Shown one piece after another: positions 10,854 to 15,351 of a DNA stretch of 15,351 nt. Position numbers and translations under genes: made by a program. The DNA comes from Octopus sinensis (Eukaryota), in assembly GCF_006345805.1 (NCBI RefSeq), contig NW_021825495.1, positions 1-15,351 of the forward strand, written 5' to 3'. Below the pieces are notes generated by a model. It had not been told where the DNA came from, did no database searches, and worked only from the letters and a program-made list of their open reading frames with translations. The stretch's first letter is position 1. Every line of letters begins with the position of its first letter.

Positions 10854-11120
10854 AATGGAGCCTGTATGACTGAAGCTATTATTTATGAAGCCACCGTAAA
10901 TTCCACGAACGCTAATAATACAGTTTCAACTAAGGGATATTTGGGTCTCAAAGAGGGAAATTTCAAAGCAAGATTCAACAATAGCACCTTAAGCGGCAGA
11001 CACTAGAATAAACGAAAAATTACCAAATTATCCAGTTACATATGGTTCTTAAAGGAATAAGGTGTCAACTACAAGATTTCTTGGAATATCTTAGCCAACG
11101 GTAGTGACAAGTGCGGTCTT
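10854..11120 (+). mobile_element. Penelope-like element (PLE) fragment: GIY-YIG endonuclease domain, pseudogenised
   Basis: One frame read through two stops (11004-11006, 11058-11060): NGACMTEAIIYEATV...KGYLGLKEGNFKARFNNSTLSGRH*NKRKITKLSSYIWFLKE*GVNYKISWNILANGSDKCGL. This matches the pattern of marine-invertebrate PLE GIY-YIG domains as I recall it (C..xIVYxATV...YxGxTExxFKxRxxNH..SFRH...TxLSxYIWxLK...YxIxWxIL...CxLC). The 5' side abuts an (AAC)n(AAT)n run. Confidence 0.8.
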
Positions 11121-11344
11121 TATAATATGAAGGATGACTCATCAGGAAAAGTTCCTTGGTTTCCGTTACATGTTTAAATTATAAAACTCAACTTTTTGGA
11201 TGATGTTACGGTTTTGCCACCCTCCCCAAGATCACGGCTAGAACCCACATTTCTACTATGTTCCAACACAAGCTTCCCAAAACTTCCATTCATTTTCACT
11301 AGTTAAATTTTTATATATATTCTTAATTTTTTGTTTCCTTTTAA

Positions 11345-11749
11345 ATTGTGTGTATATATATGTGTGTATGTATATATATTATATGTAAATGTGTGTGGGT
11401 GTGTATATATATATATATATGTATATAAGTATAAGACTGCGTCCGCTCCCTTCATTTATACGGATATACATATGTTAGTATATATGCAGCAGTGTGAATA
11501 TATGTCTGTAAATAAATATATATATATATATATATACATACGCATATTTATACGTATAAATGTCTAAATATATATATGTATTATGTTATATGTATTCATG
11601 TAAGCACCTATGTGTATATGAGGAGGAGGTTGCTACACATATACACATATATATACATGTGTGCGTGTGTGTGTGGATATGCGTGTATGTATGAGTACGT
11701 ATATAAATATGTTTCTGTGTGTGTATGTACACGTACGTATACATCTTTA
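11345..11749. repeat. Degenerate (TA/TG)n low complexity
   Basis: Direct reading. Confidence 0.8.
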
Positions 11750-11896
11750 TGTGAGTGTGTACATATATAGACGTTGTGAACGCAGGAGGTTTATGTCTAC
11801 GTATTTTGAGAATATGGTTAACTTCGTGTGAGTGTGTACATATGTAGACGTTGTAAACGCAGGAGGTTTATGTCTATGAATTTTGAGATCATGGTT
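11750..11896. repeat. Tandem duplication, period 77 bp, about 1.9 copies
   Basis: 11750-11819 vs 11827-11896: 64/70 identical (TGTGAGTGTGTACATATRTAGACGTTGTRAACGCAGGAGGTTTATGTCTA...). Confidence 0.9.
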
Positions 11897-12229
11897 GCAT
11901 GTACTTTTTAATTTTTTCCTTTTTCTTTTTCTACCTATTAAAGTAAATTCCCTTTTATTCAAAGGTTTTTCATAGCGTCTGTTGCCGACGAAAACGATAC
12001 GTATCTCTTCGCTCCGATATTCGAAACTCAGAGTACTTTTTTATGAGAACATTTTGACTGTTTGTTCTATATTATAACACACACACACACCATAGACATA
12101 TACACACACAAAGTGGGCCATAATGATATGAAACAATTTAAATGTTCATATTGTAGATTATAAAAATGACATAGAGTACCAAATACAATTATTACATAAC
12201 TATCCTATCATTATGGCCCACACTACGTT

Positions 12230-12249
12230 GTATACACACACACACACAC

Positions 12250-12295
<46 letters not shown>

Positions 12296-12682
12296 ATATT
12301 ATATCACCTGAAGTTTTCGGTGGCATTAAGCTCGAGACACGAAAGATTCATTCACATACAATAGGCTATATGTATGCATATATGGATATATATATAAATG
12401 TACATAAGTAGGCGTGTATGTGTGTATATTGACTATATATTTGTATGTACATATATGTACGAGCGTACCTCTGCGTGTCTACATACATGCACGCATACAC
12501 ACATTCATACATATATATATATATATATGAGTGCATGTGTGTGAGTGTGTATGTATGTGCTTACAAGCAATCGCAAAAATACACTCGTACTTTCACATAG
12601 ACACATACATCTATCCATACAAAACACACATACATACATACATACATACATGCATACATACATACGTACACACCACACATAC

Positions 12683-12717
<35 letters not shown>

Positions 12718-12750
12718 CATACATACATATACATAGACAAATACACATAC
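12230..12750. repeat. (CA)n/(TA)n/(TACA)n compound microsatellites
   Basis: Direct reading. Confidence 0.8.
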
Positions 12751-12954
12751 ACCCCGGCAAATACACTAACGCGGCCACATATAACCATTAACCCGTCCCC
12801 CACCACAGACCAAACAGTTGCGTGACCGCACGCATCTTCTCTGTAGAATCGGCAGCTGTGATACGAACGCATTGCTAAACCGCTATTACAGGGAAGAATG
12901 ATTTTAAAAGCAAAAGCTGACTGGTAAATCGTTTCTGAAAACAGGAAGTGGCGA

Positions 12955-13141
12955 TGTTGGTTGTAGAAATGGCGTCGATGGTGGAGACGGTTGCGATGGT
13001 GGTGGTGGCGGTTGTGGTCGTAGTTTTTGTTGTATTGGTTGTAGTGGTGGTGATGGTACTGGAGGTGGTGATGTAGTGGTGGTTGTGATATTGGTGGTGG
13101 CAGCGGTTTAGTGGTGGTGGTGATAATGTGGGTAGTGGCGT

Positions 13142-13177
<36 letters not shown>

Positions 13178-13187
13178 TTAATATATA

Positions 13188-13260
<73 letters not shown>
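12955..13260. repeat. Degenerate (GGT)n followed by (TA)n(TG)n
   Basis: Direct reading. Confidence 0.85.
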
Positions 13261-13262
<2 letters not shown>

Positions 13263-13404
13263 TATGTGCCTGTTTTTTGTCCACCAATGTGGCTTGAAAA
13301 CCAGTGTTAGCGTGTTTACGCTCTCGTAACTTAGCGGTTTGGTAATGAGATGGATGAAATAAGTACTATACCTATACACAAAAAATAAAGCAGTCAGGTC
13401 GATT
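13261..13404 (+). mobile_element. Octopus-type SINE 3' body fragment
   Basis: TGTCCACC..GCTTGAAAACCAGTGTTAGCGTGTTTACGCTCTCGTAACTTAGCGGTTTGGTAATGAGATGGATGAAATAAGTACTA...AATAA..GGTCGATT resembles the recalled Octopus SINE body (GTGTTTACGTCCCCGTAACTTAGCGGTTCGGCAAAAGAGACCGATAGAATAAGTACTAGG..GGGGTCGATT). It shares a 13/14 core (GAT[G/A]AAATAAGTAC; 13353-13366 vs minus 8355-8368) with the other SINE. The preceding (TA)n(TG)n at 13141-13260 probably belongs to this SINE. Confidence 0.75.
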
Positions 13405-13416
13405 ATATATATATAT

Positions 13417-13478
<62 letters not shown>
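13404..13478. repeat. (TA)n
   Basis: Direct reading. Confidence 0.9.
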
Positions 13479-13678
13479 GTATAGGGAGAGAATTCACAAT
13501 AAAAAAGCAATAGATGACGACAGGTGGTGTAGTCAACAAACAGATGTATTAGTTTAACGCTTGGGAAGTGAAAAAAGTCTTTAACTTTTCGAGCCTACGC
13601 TCTTCCACAGAAAGGAACACAAAGAAACAAGGAGAGAAAATAAAAATATGTGTAGTGGCTAGCGATCTATCATGGCGA

Positions 13679-13709
<31 letters not shown>

Positions 13710-14019
13710 GTGTGTGTGTGTGTGTGCGTGTGTGTGTGTGTATGTAAGTATGCATATTGTATGTATGTGTGTGTGTATGTATGTATGTACTAATTCTCTA
13801 TGTCTTGAATCTGCGTCACTTAAATATTCTTTCACATAAAAAAAATGAGTCTGGGCCCCTCATATCGGTAGCATCAGAAGAATAGACAGTGCTTCCACTA
13901 CCACAACTACGAACTATACTACTACGACGACGACGACGGCCACCACCACCACCACCGCCGCCGCTGCCACCATTATCCCCACGAAAGTGTGCGTGGGAGA
14001 TATAGTTTGGGAGAGAGAA

Positions 14020-14151
14020 TTAGAGGATAAGTGAGAAAGAGAGGGGAATTTGAGAGAGTCATAGCAGGAAATGAAAATGAGAGAGTAAGAAAGCGACAGA
14101 GCAGGAGAGACGGAACAAATGTGAGAATAAGGAAAGAAATTGAGAGAGAGA

Positions 14152-14187
<36 letters not shown>

Positions 14188-14370
14188 AAATGAAGGAACG
14201 AGAGAAAGGGGAAAAAAGCAACATAGAGAGAGCGATAGTGTGAAAGAGACTGAAATAGAAAGAGAGCGGGAACGGGTGAAGAGAGCGGGTAGGATAAAGA
14301 GAGATATATATATAGAGAGAGAGAGAGAGAAGGAGAGAGGAATATTGTAGGAGAGAGAGAGAGGGAGTGA
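14020..14370. repeat. GA-rich purine tract with (GA)n runs
   Basis: Direct reading. Confidence 0.85.
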
Positions 14371-14414
14371 GGGGCAGGGAGATGGCGAGAGGGGCAGGGA
14401 GATGGCGAGAGGGG
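14371..14414. repeat. Perfect 20-bp tandem repeat x2.2 (GGGGCAGGGAGATGGCGAGA)
   Basis: 14371-14390 is identical to 14391-14410, followed by GGGG. Confidence 0.95.
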
Positions 14415-14429
14415 AAAAGAGCGAACGAG

Positions 14430-14560
14430 ATTTACGGCAAGTGTCCGCCATTTTGAGCGTTTCTATCATTTCAACTGTCGTCTGCTTCCACTGTTGGTTT
14501 ATTCCGTGTCTTCCTGTGAGTTAATCCGGTCTTAAGATAACAAGATTGGTGACGTCATCA
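14430..14560. promoter_or_regulatory. Candidate promoter/first-exon region: YY1 motif, CRE palindrome, CCAAT box
   Basis: CpG-rich unique island. CCGCCATTTTG at 14445-14455 (YY1 consensus; minus strand CAAAATGGCGG), TGACGTCA at 14550-14557 abutting ATTGG at 14545-14549 (CCAAT on minus). Possible donors: GTAAAT on minus at 14435-14430 and GTGAGT on plus at 14516-14521. Orientation is ambiguous. Confidence 0.45.
14436..14451 (-). CDS. Speculative first coding micro-exon (ATG GCG GAC ACT TGC C; MADTC) of an unidentified gene
   Basis: CAAA-ATG-G initiation context overlapping the YY1 motif, followed by C|GTAAAT and then a pyrimidine-rich/microsatellite tract. No homology support. Confidence 0.2.
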
Positions 14561-14979
14561 ATTTGAGATAAAGACCTGTCTGTCACCATCGCTCCGGATT
14601 ATTGAATTTCTTCGTACCACACCAAAACACACGCCGCATCGCCTTATACTGCGCTGCCCCATCTTACACCAAACCGTGGCACAGCATAAAACTGCAAACC
14701 ACACCGTACCGTACCACTGCTGCATACCACGTCAGTGCGCCATACCATTTTATTCTGTACGACACCACTCAGCATTGAATGAGCTGAGCTCCACGAGGCT
14801 ATTACATCATAACACAATGCTACAAAGCCATTTGCTACAACACACACACATAATTACAATAGGATTGACACTACACACATATATATATATAGACATGCAC
14901 ACATGTACACACACACACATACACACACACATACACGCACAAACGCACAATTACGCGAACGTGGTACCACCTAAACACT

Positions 14980-15139
14980 AACCACGACCACCACAACCAC
15001 TACCACAACGACCACTATCACTACCACCACCATCACCACCACCACCACAACCACCACTACCACCACAACTACTACTACTAGTGGTACTACTACTACTACT
15101 AATAATACTACTGCTGCAACGACTACTACTACTACTGCA

Positions 15140-15172
<33 letters not shown>

Positions 15173-15250
15173 GCTACTGCTGCTGCTACTACTATTACTA
15201 CTACTGCTGCTGCTGCTGCTGCTACTACTACTACTACTTCAACTACTACA
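14980..15250. repeat. (ACC)/(ACT)/(GCT) triplet array
   Basis: Direct reading. Confidence 0.9.
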
Positions 15251-15351
15251 TGAACTCTATTAAACGACCACAGACTTCCCCCTGAGCCATACCACAATAT
15301 CAGTACATCAAAGTATTGATATCCACACCACAGAACAAGGAACCTTTTCTC

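Noticed and set aside
11138-11144. CTGATGA on the minus strand just after the GIY-YIG remnant (possible PLE hammerhead)
   Set aside because: Antisense to the PLE ORF, and no correctly placed GAAA/helix III/NUH. It overlaps an AP-1-like ATGACTCAT palindrome that is uninformative alone.
13560-13650. Minus-strand polypyrimidine tract resembling a splice acceptor
   Set aside because: AG context is weak (TGTGGAAG or CGTAG), there is no nearby donor and the frame closes quickly.

Overview
Eukaryotic, largely non-coding DNA, most likely from an octopod cephalopod. This is inferred from two SINE fragments that match my recollection of abundant Octopus SINEs and from the extreme density of (TA)n/(CA)n/(GATA)n/(ACN)n microsatellites. 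Nearly all ORFs in the supplied track are translations of simple repeats. Recognisable elements: (1) a dead CR1/L2/Jockey-group LINE with APE endonuclease and RT (~8575-10500, +), broken by frameshifts and stops and lacking its 3' end; (2) a Penelope-like GIY-YIG endonuclease remnant (10854-11120, +); (3) two SINE fragments (8280-8418 -, 13261-13404 +). Most interesting unexplained structure: a type I hammerhead-ribozyme motif with a complete core and the palindromic helix III typical of Penelope-associated hammerheads (5938-6022, -); an 88-nt, 38-bp hairpin that pairs better on the minus strand (6403-6490); a CpG-rich promoter-like island with YY1, CRE and CCAAT motifs and a possible minus-strand start codon and donor (~14430-14560); and a 24-bp minisatellite reading as (G/D)YGGGVxS on + or TTNTSTIA on - (5332-5760). 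No protein-coding gene can be named. All calls were made by eye, with no database searches.
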